64,000 nucleotides of DNA from Geosiphon pyriformis uo1 (GCA_016748015.1 JAAOMT010000603.1:477532-541531), one strand, 5' to 3'; counted from the first letter of the stretch, positions 24,862 to 38,266 are shown. Notes: generated by a model not told the origin, from the sequence alone. A program made the numbers and translations.

Positions 24862-25704
24862 ATGCCTCCAATAGTTGCCGAACAAAAATTCACTGGTCAC
24901 CTTGGATCACTTAGTCCTCAACAGGCTGAAACTTTGGAAAAGTTTCGTCAAGAACTAATTACTGCAGGGGTTTTTGACGAAAAGCGTCATGATGATGCCT
25001 GTCTTTTGCGGTTTTTGCGGGCCCGAAAATTTGATCTTAACAAAGCAAAGAAAATGTTCCTTGATTGCGAGAAATGGCGAAAAGAATTCGGTGTCGACGA
25101 ACTTGTAAAGACTTTTGATTATACCGAACGTGATGAAGTTATGAAATATTATCCTCGATATTATCACAAAACAGACAAACAAGGACGCCCTATTTATATT
25201 GAAGAAATCGGGAAAGTTGATATCAAGGCTTTATATCAAATCACAACTTTGGAAAGACAGATTCAAAACCTGGTTGTGGAGTATGAAAAACTGGCAAATG
25301 TTAGAGTACATGCATGTTCAAAGAAAGCCGGGAAATTAATTGAAACCTCGTGCACCATTCTGGATCTTAAAGGCGTTTCCCTTCGCTCCTTTTCGAACGT
25401 TCTCAGCTTTGTAAAACAAGCGTCTAATATAGGTCAAAATTATTACCCAGAGCGGATGGGAAAATTCTACATCATCAATACACCCGTTCTTTTTGCATCC
25501 GTCTGGAATTTAGTAAAGCCAATGTTGGACGAAGTCACTACTGCTAAAATTGTCATCCTAAATCAGAAATATAAAAATAAATTGCTAGAAAATATTGATC
25601 CTGAAAATCTTCCAGCAAAATTTGGCGGTACCTGCAACTGTCCCGGAGGTTGTGAACTCAGTGATGCTGGGCCATGGCAGGAGCCACCGGTTCCATCAAC
25701 GTAA
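24862..25704 (+). CDS. SEC14: Sec14 phosphatidylinositol/phosphatidylcholine transfer protein (CRAL-TRIO), intronless
   Basis: Contains DDACLLRFLRARKFDL, YYHKTDKQGRPIY, QNYYPERMGKFYIIN and LPAKFGGTCNCPGGCELSDAGPW. Confidence 0.95.
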   Translation: MPPIVAEQKFTGHLGSLSPQQAETLEKFRQELITAGVFDEKRHDDACLLRFLRARKFDLNKAKKMFLDCEKWRKEFGVDELVKTFDYTERDEVMKYYPRYYHKTDKQGRPIYIEEIGKVDIKALYQITTLERQIQNLVVEYEKLANVRVHACSKKAGKLIETSCTILDLKGVSLRSFSNVLSFVKQASNIGQNYYPERMGKFYIINTPVLFASVWNLVKPMLDEVTTAKIVILNQKYKNKLLENIDPENLPAKFGGTCNCPGGCELSDAGPWQEPPVPST

Positions 25705-26173
25705 TCCCCCTGTTGAAAGAATTTTTATACAAGATTTATGATAATAGACTAAATTTAGATGTGTTCTTGGAAAGAAGTTGGATTCCCTTTAGTAGTTGCA
25801 AATAATTGATATATATATCTCTCTATGTCATATATAGGTCGATTTTTTGCAGTCTTAAATTCTTGACGCCATTTTTCCTTTTATTCCTTTGTTTCTCTTC
25901 GTTAGTTTCTTTTAAATTATAATTAAAGATAGAGATCGAAAAGATTTAATTATATTTGAAGGTCAGTTAAGAACAATGATATCAATAGATCTAACAATAA
26001 TAAAAAAGTTTTTTTTGATAATGATATCTTGTATTTGAACGCTTCACTATCTCTCAATTTATCCTGAAGTTTAAAGCATAATTTGAAACGGTGTGAATTT
26101 TGTTATTCATTCCTGTGTTTTCAAACAATCTATGAGGGAAATAAATAAAGATCTTGAACAAAATCTAGAAAAT

Positions 26174-27320
26174 CTAATTCTTATCAGATAAGGAACGGTA
26201 AAATGCGTTGTGTGAATTCTCTAAATCAAATAATAACTGGCGCACTTGGTCATCGTCAAGCTCATCACTAGCTTTCATGGCATTCAATGTAATCAGCCAA
26301 TTTCTGATTTTAGCTTTCCCTTCAAAATCTGCTGGCAACGAGCTGACATTGTTTAGACTTTGAATTAATTCACTAAGCATTGGGTGAATATCGTCAACTG
26401 CCCTATATTTTAATCTCAATGCGTCCATTGAGGTAATGAAATGCTAAGAGTTTAAAAATAAAAGAAGTAATGAGGGCGAGAAATTTTAATGTCATCAAAC
26501 AAATTTGTTTGCCATAAAAATCACCTGCACAGTTTCCGCCACATACTTGGCAGAATTGCCTGAATCATGATCAGCTATAGTTGAATGCTCGATGGTGGCA
26601 GGCACCCCGATTTTAAAACGATTAACGGCTGCGGGACACTCTAACTTGAAGTTGGTCATGAAAGGGAATTAATCAAGAAGATTAGAGATAAAGGAAATTT
26701 AAAAACATGAAAATGGCTAATGGATCATTGTTTCAAGAATATTACTTTATAATCATTCATAAATTTATCCACATCCGGCATAGAATCACTCACTAAATTC
26801 AAAGCGGTTTTGTATTGTGCTATCAATTTTGCACAAGCTGGTGTGTATCTAAGAATGAAATGTTTTGATTCGTCTATCACTTTTATGAAAACACGATCGT
26901 GTGTTCCCTTCCGATTTAATTCTTACTCTGTCGCGGTTATTGAGTCTCGAATATAGGCTTTTTCCAGGTGCTCCATTGTAACAATAATAGCGTATAAATC
27001 CGCGAGATTTTCAAATTTTTCTCTGTCTTTGTTATTCGTATAAAGTCTAATTTCCTAAGAGAAAATATTTAAGGAAATAAGTTTTTTTTTAGTAAACAGA
27101 ATGGGATATCATTAACCGTGTGCTCTCACTTTAAAATGAAAATATAATACCTGATCAAGTGCAAGATCTTTAAAGGTAGAAAAGGTTGATAGTGTACTTG
27201 GAAAATTTAAAAAACCCGATTAAAAAACCAAAAAAAAAACTTACTGTGCTCAGTCGAAATTTCGTTCCTCGAAGGCCCGTAAGCGGTCAAATGACTAAAA
27301 CTAACCGATTGATTTTGCAT
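26174..27320 (-). CDS. VPS28: ESCRT-I subunit Vps28, multi-exon
   Basis: Contains EIRLYTNNKDREKFENLADLYAIIVTMEHLEKAY, CPAAVNRFKIGVPATIEH and FITSMDALRL...QVRQLLFDLENSHNAF. The start exon (MQNQS at 27320) is tentative. Confidence 0.92.
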
Positions 27321-27648
27321 CTGGTACAAATTTTAAGGGAAGGAATATTGAAAGCTTTAAGAAGTGGATTCAAGTTCATCTTGCAACAATAAAGATCTTC
27401 GAGGTCGTCGATCTATTATCTATCAGAGATTGTGTCGATCAGTGTATAATCCCATTGTTACCAATTGAAGCTGCCCTTAAAAAAATTATGCAGTGATTTT
27501 CGTGAAAGTTGATAAATTCCCACGCTAAGACCATCTCCGTTGTTATCACATTTCAACTCTATTATCATCCATTACCCAATACGCTCTCCCCTTTTACCCG
27601 TTCCTTTGAATTCAAGAACTATTTCGAAAGTTCTTTGGCTCAACGAGA

Positions 27649-29802
27649 ATGGCGCAAATCTATTTAGAAGTTAAGGGGGTTCGTAAGACCGACTCAAATT
27701 CTACTATAAAACTCTGTTTTGACGGTGAATCGTTATTTATCACCAGAGAGCCAAACCAGAAATTCGTTAAATTCTCAATTTGGTAACTCTTTAAGCACTT
27801 TTGCCTCAGATTTTCTGGCCCTATGTTGACTTCACACATTTAATCAACAAAATTTTCGTTTATAAATTTAAGGGATCGTAATGTGCCAACCTTGTTAGTA
27901 TGAGATTCAATTTCTTATTTTTACGCAGAAATAAAACTGACGATTTTCAAGCTACGTTGTCTCGAATTGTTCGTCCTCTGTAAAATCAAACTTGATCAAA
28001 AATCTCCTATCTCAAATCTTCAAAATTTTCTTAGAAACATTCTAGACATATGTTTAGATGATACAGGTAAAATCAGAATCAACACTCTCCTCCCTAGAAA
28101 CTCGAGGAATTTACGTTTGAGGTCTTTTTACTTTGAGCCTGTTAAACAAGATGACGCTCAAATTTGGATTGAATTAATCAATCCCGTGATCTATAAAGGT
28201 CATTTAATTAATAGAATTTTAAGATTTTCGATGAATCTTTTGTATAAAAACGATTCACATGATTTCAATATATACAATACTTAATTAACTTAGATATAAA
28301 ACGAGGTAAAAAATTCAAAGTCATTGCTAACCCTTTCGGTGGAACAGGCAAAGCCAGAAAGATTTTCGTGGATCAAGTTAAACCGATTTTTGATGCAGCT
28401 GGATGCACATATGATGTTATTTGTAAGTATATGATCACTTGTTATCTATTTAAAATATTAAAAACTTTACGAAATAATATAACAGACACTGAACGAAGGT
28501 ATCATGCTCAAGAAATTGCTCAAAAATCAGACCTGAATGGATACGATGCCTTAGTCATGATTAGTGGTGACGGTATAATTCATGAAGTTATCAATGGTCT
28601 ATTATCCAGAGAAGATGCCCCTTACTTAAATATTCCTCTTGGGGTGATTCCAGGAGGTAGGATAAATTCAAAAAAAAAAAACGATTTTTTCCTTCTCCAA
28701 TCAATCATTAACCTATCATCTCTTCACAATAAGGCACTGGTAATGCACTTAGTGTTTGTTTACTAGGAGAAGAGAAGGGGCTAAGCGCGCAACATGCTGT
28801 ACTTTCCATAATCAAAGGTATTCAACCATCATAGGAAAAATGCTTCTCGGGTATTTTTACTGATATTTGCAAATATTTTAGGACACCCACTGAAATTAGA
28901 CGTATGTTCCATCACGCAAGGAGAAAAAAGATATTTCTCTTTTTTATCGCAGAACTTTGGTATTATCGCGGACATAGATATTGGAACAGAGCATTTAAGG
29001 TGAGCATAACTATATTAAATTCAGATTAGCTCATAATGTCATTAATTACTTAAACAATACGTCTGATATGCTTTAGATGGATGGGTGATTTGCGGCTTAC
29101 CTATGGTGTAATAAAGTGTACATTACAAGATCGCAGTTATCCTTGTGAGATGGCTTTAAAAATTGTTGATCAAGATTTTAATAACATCAAGCAAGGTTAT
29201 CGCGATTTATACAATAAACCTGTAGAAAAAGAGATCACGTCGGCTGAATCATTTAACGACCCTAACCTTGGTCCCACAGAGAATCGAATCGTTGATGTTT
29301 TTGGTAGCATTAATGATCCTGTTCCTGATGATTGGATTACATTTACCGAAGATATTAGCATGTTTTATGCAGGTAAAGTACCATGGATGGCAAAGGGAGT
29401 GCTTGCTTTTCCATGCGCATTACCGGGCGATGGAAACCTGGATATTTGCATCACACGGAAGAAAAAAATAACGAGGATAAAAGCTTTGGAAATTATAACC
29501 AAATTTGAGACAGGAGCTCACGTTGACCAACAAGAGGTAGACATTTTCTTATAATACACACTTTCCTTTGTCTTAGATCCGGATTTAATATAGATTTAAT
29601 TGAATTGAATTGAACGGAACGAACGAACGAACAGGTCGAATATTTTAAAGTGAAGGCTTATCGTATATCACCAAAAGCCAGTGAGGGGATAATTTGTATT
29701 GATGGAGAAAGAGTACCGTTCGAAGCTTTCCAAGTAGAAGTTCATCAAAAACTATTGACCTTTATAAGTTTGGAAGGGAAGTATGCTCCTACTGGGATAT
29801 AA
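27649..29802 (+). CDS. Sphingosine/sphingoid long-chain base kinase (Lcb4/5, SphK family), multi-exon
   Basis: Motifs VIANPFGGTGKA, SGDGIIHEVINGL, IPGGTGNAL, DIDIGTEHLRWMGDLR and IDGE lie across GT-AG exons. Divergent from VPS28. Confidence 0.9.
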
Positions 29803-30314
29803 ATTTTTTCTTCTTGTAAATACCCAGTATTTCTAAACTTTTTACTAAAAAACCCGATTAGATTAAAAAATTAATATGTATTTTCAAATATGTGACAATT
29901 TAATAATAATAATAATAAAATGAGACATAATATTATAATATTAGACAATAAATAAGCAATAATATAAACATTGATCAATCATCAAACCAAATTTAGATAA
30001 CAAAGAAATTAATTTAGCTGTAAATACAGATAATTAATGATAAAAGTAAAAACATGATTTAAATTTTTTTAATAATTATAGGCAACATAATAATATTTAT
30101 TGGAAAAAAATTAATATAATTTTATTTATATTAATTAAAAATAATTAATAAGTTGAGAATTTCAATAAAATCAAAATGATTCAATATAAAAAAAAATTAG
30201 TAATAATAATCATGATTTAATGGTTTAACAATTTTACATAATAATAATTTATACGTTAAAATAAAAAAATATTTTCATCAGGTTACAAAAAGAATATAGT
30301 TTTTAGAGAACTAT

Positions 30315-30607
30315 ACTATTACTATTATTATTATTATTATTATTACTATTACTATTACCATTACTATTATTATTACTATTACTATTACTATTACTATTAC
30401 TATTATTATTACAAAAAAACATTTGGCAAATGCAAATGACGTGTAAAACAAAATGACGTGTACAAAACAAAATGACGTGTAAAATAAGAAAATCAGTAAA
30501 GAATTTTGAGAAATTCTTTAATATTTTCGATTTTTCTCGGAAATCTGAAAACTTGCTTTTTTTCCCCCTATTTCATAAGTGCGCCACTCTACGCATTATT
30601 ATTATTA

Positions 30608-30638
<31 letters not shown>

Positions 30639-30664
30639 TATTATTATTATTATTATTTTTATTA

Positions 30665-30702
<38 letters not shown>

Positions 30703-33700
30703 TTTATTTTTATTTTTACCTGTGAACATTACCCTAAAATAATTTTAGATACACAAAGTCCCTTGATTCTTATGATGTGTCACATTAGATTACGAATTCA
30801 TTTAGTTGGGAAAGCTAATTTAAATCAAAGGATAAAATTAATTTATTTGTGTGTGCACATGTGTTTGATAAAGGTTTACTACCCAAAGATAGATTTTTTG
30901 GGAGGATTTTCATTTGACCGGATAATTATTTGAATTGTGAATTGGGGAAGCGGAGTCACGGAAACCTTTTTTTTTTTTTCACGTTATTTTAATACTATTG
31001 TAATTTAATAGACAAACTGGGGGTAAAAATAAAAATAAAAATAAAAAATGTCAGTGGCACGCATAAACTTTTTTTTTGCCACTGGAATTTTTTTTTAACT
31101 TAAACAGTCAAATCAGACTGACTGTATTTCTTTGATGAAAAAAAAATTTGACTCTTTTCCCTCAACAATTCATGATCATGTTATATTTAATAATTGACAC
31201 ATTCCCTTTTCAATTGATCAAAAAAAACTGTTTTAGGCAAAATAAGAAATAACTGATAACTTCATTGATAGATTACCTTTTGATGAGACTCTTTGAAAAA
31301 CCCACGTTTTTTCTTTGCTTAATAATGAGAAATGCATTATTTTTTATTTTGACTTTCGATCTATAATCTTTTTAAAGTTAGTATTTTATTTTAAGAACGG
31401 CTAAATTTCATATATATATATATATACATACATATATATATATTTTTTTCTAATTGGGTAGTCGAGAAATTAATTCTAACCAGTAATCTATGTGATATTT
31501 CCGAAAATATATATTTTTGGGATTATTTTTGGGATTATTTGGCGGCTAGACCAGTCCATTCCATTTATAAAATACTCAAAGTTTTTTTCGATGGATCATA
31601 CGATATTGTAAAAAGTTATAAGATGGTAGTACAAATTCTCTAGAAATAGATGTACAAAAGATTGTCAAAGATATTATCTTATAATTATATAAGTGTTTCT
31701 TTTTCTTTTTCTTTTTCTTTTTACGCAGTAAATATTATAAAATTAAAAGAAGTAAGTGTCGCAAATCTATTCTTATTTTCGAAAGTTTATTCATTGCACA
31801 CACACACACACACACATACACATACACAGACACAGACACACACACACACAAATATACACACACAAATATACACCCTACCCTAAAAATTCTAGGCTGTGTC
31901 AATTGAATTGTACGTCTTCGGTAATTTTCATTCTTCATTATTCATTCCCACCCCTTTTTTTTTAATGATTCACAATGTCTGTTGCCTCTCCCTTCCTAGA
32001 CGTGTATAAAGACAAGGGCACCAATAAAATTACAAAACATTTCGGATTCATTTCTCCATTTGAATGCATCCAATTTTGTTTGACCGTCTTGTGTTAAATG
32101 TCTAAAAGAAGAGCGTCAGGTATTCAATTTTCTCGTTGGGATGTTCGATCGGTGGTACACACACACATATATACATATATATACACATATAAACACACAT
32201 ATACACATACAATACACACACACACATCATCACCAGCCAGCGAAACTCTGTCAAATTTTTTTTTTTTTTTAAAACAGGCTACAGGATCTATTACAAATTC
32301 TTCTCACAGAGTCATATGATTAGAAAACCATTTCCAAGTCTCCGACACGCGGCATTCAAAACATCCAATAATAATGACACACCCAATTTTTTCATCTTTT
32401 TAATTTTCCATATTTACACCGCCATACCCAAAATAATTCCTTGTCTATCGATTCTCATTTATGTGTGTGTGTGTGCAAAACTTGGCAAATTTAATCATCA
32501 GGGTTTTAAAAAATTTTGTTCATGGTCACTCAAAGAGACCTGGTCAAAACAAATGACGGAGTTACATGTCCTGGTGAGACAGTAAGGATGGTCAGACATT
32601 GATTCGATGCAGGGGGAAATTAAGTATTCAGCCCAAATAAAAAGTTTTTAAAGTTAGTCAATTTCCAAAAGGGACAGTCAAGTAATTGTGAGGTTGATGT
32701 TTGAGATTGAGATATCGTTTCACAATGAATAAATCTTTTGAATACATTTAAATGATTTTTCGCAATTTGATGATGATTATTATTATTATTATTATTATTA
32801 TTAAGAATGATTTCTTGTTTTTTTAAATATTAATAATACAATAAAGTGATTTAGAAATTTTATAATAATGGTTTGAAAATTTTCAAAAATGTTTTGACTA
32901 CTATTTTGATTTTCATAACGAAAAAAGCATATTTATATTCTTTCGAAAATTCATGTCATGTCACGTCATGTCACACACGTCAGTATGCTAATTCTCTTTA
33001 TCACGTTAAAAAATACACCGTCATCAATGTCAAATCATTTTTTTTCTCCTCTTCCTACACATCATCGTCATGATTAAATAACCCTCATGTGTACTGTATG
33101 AGATATGTTTGATTATAAAAAATATACCATAATATCAAATATATCATAAAAATGAAAGGATTTTTGTGATCATCAAAAAATGTACCAAAAATATCATTAT
33201 TTATCGATATTTATAAATTTACGTAGAGTTTTTTTTTTTTAAAAAAAAACATTTAGATTTTTTCATTTTTCATTTTTTTTAATTAAAAAAGGGTGATTAA
33301 AAAAAAAGGGAACCTATGCAATTTTTTTTCTAACCCTAACCCTAACCCAGACCAATATCTAACCATAAATCCAATCTTTAACCCTTTTACCTTTTTACCT
33401 TTTTACCTTTTTCCTTTTTTTTTTCATCATGAAGATTCTATAACATTCTATAACAAAATACGCGTCAGTTCAAATTTCATCATTAATGTCTATCAATGAT
33501 CAAAGCCTTATTTTGGGAGGGAAAAAAAATAAATAACTTTACAATTACAATTACAATTACAATTACAATTTACATATATAATTTACATATATAATTTACA
33601 TATACATATACATGTACAAATTAATATTTGAAAAATTTTTTTTATAAAGTGATATCATGTCTAATTCCTAAATGTAGGAAATGAATTGTTCGTGTTTTTT

Positions 33701-33913
33701 TTTTTGTTTTTTTTTTAATTGGAATTCGTTTTGATTTTCAATGCACACCTTTTTTTCTAATAATCACATTACACACACACAGACACACATCACACATCCC
33801 CATTCTAGAAAAAAAAAAATTTTTTTAAGTATACCTAACACACACTGCGTCTAATTCTAGTTTTTTTCAAAAAAAAAAAGAAAAAGAGAAAAAATTAATA
33901 AATAATAATAATG

Positions 33914-33995
<82 letters not shown>

Positions 33996-34151
33996 TAATA
34001 ACAAGAATAATAATAAAAAAAGAAAAAAAAAGGTGTCACTCAGGTTCCATAATCTGCTTAATTATAAATAAATAATAAAAAAGTTAAATCTACCGCTCAA
34101 AATGCTTTTAGGGTCTTTTTATTATTATTATCATTATTATTATTATTATTA

Positions 34152-34189
<38 letters not shown>

Positions 34190-34430
34190 TAACTTGGCAT
34201 TATATTTTAATCTCTACTCTCTCTCTCTCTCTCTCTCCCTCTTAGATATATATGATTATTCAAAACCCTCGAAACTTTCCTTAAATGGTTCTTTTTCAGT
34301 AACCCCCCTCATTCTTTCATTCTTTCATTCATTCATATATATACATACATACATACATACATACATAGATACATAGATATACACACACTTTAAATTTTTC
34401 GAAAAAAAAAAAAAAAAAAAAAAAAAAGGT
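30315..34430. repeat. Microsatellite-dense intergenic region: (ATT/ACT)n ~30315-30410 and 30595-30715, (CA)n ~31797-31865, (AAT)n ~33895-34015, (CT)n, (CATA)n, poly-A
   Basis: Simple repeats are directly visible. The ORFs here are low-complexity artefacts. Confidence 0.9.
30434..30481 (+). promoter_or_regulatory. Three tandem AAATGACGTGTA motifs (CRE/G-box-like bZIP sites)
   Basis: An exact 12-mer occurs three times at ~17-19 bp spacing. Function is inferred. Confidence 0.45.
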
Positions 34431-34516
34431 CACCACAATAAAATCCCAATAATCCTAATAATCCTAATTTATATGTTCATAATCTAAAAAACAATGAACT
34501 GTTTTCTACCATTCAG

Positions 34517-34523
34517 TATAAAA
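34517..34523 (+). promoter_or_regulatory. Putative TATA box for the C2H2 gene
   Basis: TATAAAA is followed by a pyrimidine tract and then an ATG-free leader up to 35266. Confidence 0.45.
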
Positions 34524-35265
34524 CCCTTCTCTCCTCCTCCTTTTACCCTTCAACTCTTGTCAACGACAACAAAAACCGCTCCTTCTTCTCAAGTGGTTCC
34601 TGTTCTTTTCTTGAAAAGTTGTCGCCTACAAAGTAATTTTTAAAGGCGATAGTGCTCACATTTTTGGGTTCCCGTGTGTCCCTTAAATATTATTTGACTT
34701 TTGAGTTAGCTGAAAAAGGCCTTTGGTGCCGGTTTAACAAACAAAACTCCCTCTCTCTTCTAGTAAAAAGGCAAACGAAAGAAGTGCCTCTTCCTTCTTT
34801 TCGTATTCTGCCTATCTTTTACCTGGTCATTTAGGACCAGTTTTTTTGTCCTTTACGAGTTTCACTCATACTTCAAAAGTCGCGGTTCTTTCGACTTTTT
34901 TCAATTTTAAAACTTCCACCTACCTTCTTTCTCTTCGGCGGTTTAACGCTTCAATAAACTTTAACAAAAAATCCCCTTTAACTTATCAAAGAATTCTGTA
35001 TACCTTTTTTTTTTTATACCAATAATAAACCAAAGACGAAATATACAACAACTCTACTATCTTGACAACTAATATTCGAAATTACATTAAATCTCCACGT
35101 CTATACGACCCACCAACTATCAACACCAGCTTTACAGTTAACTTTAGAAATCGAAAAAAAAACTTTTAAGTCGATTTTCTTATCATAAATAAAGAAACCT
35201 AATTTATTAACTGAACCCCAATCAAATATCTCCATCCTTCCCACTCATTTAACGACTTTGCTACA

Positions 35266-37245
35266 ATGGACTCGAATTACTTTAACCAAATCGGTGATTT
35301 TATGGACCAAACATCAACTAATCTTCACGGTGACTTTACAATTTTCGACGAAAAAACTACCGATTTTCAACCTCATCAAACCCCTTGCCATTGGCAAGCA
35401 GTCGGTAGTCCTTTTCTTTGCACTACACCCTTAATTAACTGTCATGATTTAACCTCTCCTCTTGATCGAGCCGTATGGCCGGTTTTATCTGCTGGAACTA
35501 CTCCCGCATTGTTTCCTGAAGATTATCGAGTTGTTCGTCCACAACATCAAAAAACTAGCTGGCATTTATTGTCTGCTGGAACTACTCCGTTTCTCAAGGC
35601 CGAGGAATTCTATGAAATGGAAGACCAACATTATTTCAACGTGAATGAAAGCCCTTTCCCAACAAACTCGAATGACCTTTCCTATAACGAACTCGCGGAA
35701 TTGACACCAATAATTTTACAAATGTCTTCAATAGAGCATCAATCGCAATTACAAGGATCTCAAATTATTTCTCCCATCATCCCTTCAAATTCCTTGGATT
35801 TCGAATCTCCTTTACCACAATCGCTTCCTCTTACTCCGGGACTTGACATTCAGCACCAACCACAATTATCGTTATTACAATCATCTCTTTCATCAGTTCC
35901 CATGACTGAAACTAATCAAATTATCGATCAAGGCCAATCGGATAATTCCTGGATCCCCTTCTCTCCTTATCCACAATCAGTTAATACCGCTGATAATATG
36001 ATGGTCTTAACACATTCACCCATCTCTTACGATATCTGCCATGGTATTGATTCTGATAAAAGTCTTCTATTAGCATCACTTCACAATTACACCTCGGACA
36101 CATCAGCATATTCATCGGCTATGACTACTCCTCAAAACATTCACTACATCTACCCTGAGATTGTTGCTGGAGTCGATCCAATTCCTTTTGTTGATTCCTT
36201 AAACTACCCTGATAACACATCTGCTATCATGAACCAAAAGAAAGCCGCCATAAATTTCCCAATACCAGAACACACAATTTCAAAAGTAACAGGAAGGCTA
36301 AGGAATTTAGGGAAACCTAAATATTATGGAAATTCGTTTTACGGTGATTTGCAAGATATCAGAACGCAAGATCAAACCATCGCTTTGACCACAATAAAGA
36401 AGCGATCAGGTGAAAAACTAGCAGATTCAAGAAGCTCCATCAAAAACCCGAATGATTCCAACACACCGTTCTACGGTGATTTGCAAGATATCGAAATGGA
36501 AGTACCTATTGCTCTACCTGAAATGGAGAAGCAATCAAGTTCAGGAAATTCGGCCAAAGAAATTGATACACCCTCAGAATTAACAGTCATCACAACAGGT
36601 ACGACCCCTAACAATGACGAGACTACATCTGCGGCCAAAAATGAAACCACTCCTCAAGAAGAAGTCGGCACATCTTCGAATACCTCTGTTCCAGATGAAG
36701 GCCTTTCAGCTTTGCCTGGTAGTCCTGCCCTTACTTCAACCGCTCAAGAAATTGTGGGAACTTCTTCAAACTTAATCGGTTCAATTTCTGACACGACAAC
36801 AGCCGAGGCAAGAACAAAACGTCCGGTCCCAATTTGTCCTCGCCCAGACCAAGAGAAACAAGAGACTCCCTCCGGTGCAGGTGCTGAAGAAACTGATCTT
36901 GAGCCGCTCAGAAAAAGGAGACGAAAGTCGACCGGTTCAGCTTCGGGTCAATCATCGACTGGCGAGGACAAAGAGAGAAGATTTCCTTGTCCATTGTGTA
37001 ACTATCGCTTTGCACGAAAATGGAACAGGGACGAACACAAAAAGACCCATGACACGAATAGGCAAAAGGATTTCGCCTGTGAATTCCCCGGGTGTACCTC
37101 TACCTTCACACGTAAGCATGATCTTAAGAGACATACTGGAAATGTTCACGTGGGCGAAATCAATTTCCAATGTCCCGCCTGTAAAAAAGGTTTCAGCCGC
37201 AAGGATGCCTGGAAACGGCACGTAATATCCTGCGACAAAAAGTAA
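35266..37245 (+). CDS. C2H2 zinc-finger transcription factor, 659 aa, three C-terminal fingers, intronless
   Basis: Fingers CPLCNYRFARKWNRDEHKKTH, CEFPGCTSTFTRKHDLKRHTGNVH and CPACKKGFSRKDAWKRH. It has an NLS-like RKRRRK and an acidic/Ser/Pro-rich N-terminus. Confidence 0.92.
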   Translation: MDSNYFNQIGDFMDQTSTNLHGDFTIFDEKTTDFQPHQTPCHWQAVGSPFLCTTPLINCHDLTSPLDRAVWPVLSAGTTPALFPEDYRVVRPQHQKTSWHLLSAGTTPFLKAEEFYEMEDQHYFNVNESPFPTNSNDLSYNELAELTPIILQMSSIEHQSQLQGSQIISPIIPSNSLDFESPLPQSLPLTPGLDIQHQPQLSLLQSSLSSVPMTETNQIIDQGQSDNSWIPFSPYPQSVNTADNMMVLTHSPISYDICHGIDSDKSLLLASLHNYTSDTSAYSSAMTTPQNIHYIYPEIVAGVDPIPFVDSLNYPDNTSAIMNQKKAAINFPIPEHTISKVTGRLRNLGKPKYYGNSFYGDLQDIRTQDQTIALTTIKKRSGEKLADSRSSIKNPNDSNTPFYGDLQDIEMEVPIALPEMEKQSSSGNSAKEIDTPSELTVITTGTTPNNDETTSAAKNETTPQEEVGTSSNTSVPDEGLSALPGSPALTSTAQEIVGTSSNLIGSISDTTTAEARTKRPVPICPRPDQEKQETPSGAGAEETDLEPLRKRRRKSTGSASGQSSTGEDKERRFPCPLCNYRFARKWNRDEHKKTHDTNRQKDFACEFPGCTSTFTRKHDLKRHTGNVHVGEINFQCPACKKGFSRKDAWKRHVISCDKK

Positions 37246-38266
37246 TTATTTAATCGAGGATCACAATTGCTTCCTCAAACCGTACAATAAAAAACGATAA
37301 ATCTCTATTGCGTAAAACGGTCGTGACTTGTGTTGGCTTTTCCTTGAAAAGCAAAAAACAAGTGGTAATAATGGACGTGGGTATTAATACATACCCTTTC
37401 CCATTATTTACTAATAGACGACTTGGCAATGGTGAGCCAAGAATGTAAGAAGTTAAAGAAGGTCGTTTCCCCATCTTAGATTGTAAGATAGTTAAGAATC
37501 CGTTAGCTAGTTAGTAAATTAGTTTGTCAGTTCCTTTTTCTTTTGTTTTACGTCCGACGATCATGTCGACTCATTCTTAAATTAATGAATAAAGAATTTT
37601 TTGGGTCTTCATAAGTCCATCTCATACCTCTTTTGAATTATTATTTTATTGGTTTATCCACTCTTTGTGGTTGTTAGTTGCCGCTCAAGTTAAAAAAGAA
37701 ATATGATGTACAAATTACAAATCTTGGGAAATTATTGGCACTCGCCTATCTAGTATTAATATCAGCTCTTGTGGGAATATGACATAAGCATCATTTATCT
37801 GTTGATTTGTTTATCTAATGTTTTTTTTGATATTGTCAAACTATTTAATTTTAAATGTATTTGTACTTTTGAATATTGTTATTGTGTCTGAATGTTATTT
37901 TTTAAATAAATTCTAAAATGTTTGAATTGTTTCTTTAAATAATCGCATCTTAAAATGTAATTTCTGAATTGATTTAAAGTATGATAATTATTTTTAATCT
38001 TGTTTAAATATTAATATTATTAAATTAGATTTTTGATTCAATTATCAAATATAGTTGATTAATTAATATTGTTTTGAAATATATATATATATACATTTTT
38101 TTTTGTTTTTAATTTTGTCATTTTAAAATTAATTTTTAAAATTAAAACCCAATTACAACCATTAAAATTAAATTACAATAAATTAATTAAGCTTAAAAAA
38201 ATATTAAAAAACAAAAAAAACTTGAAAATAATTAAATTAAATTAAATTATTAAATAAAAAACTTTA

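Noticed and set aside
33330-33348. (TAACCC)3 telomere-like motif
   Set aside because: Only three units in a region full of simple repeats, so there is no evidence of a telomere.
30472-34376. Poly-I/L/Y/HT ORFs that look like membrane proteins
   Set aside because: They are translations of microsatellites.
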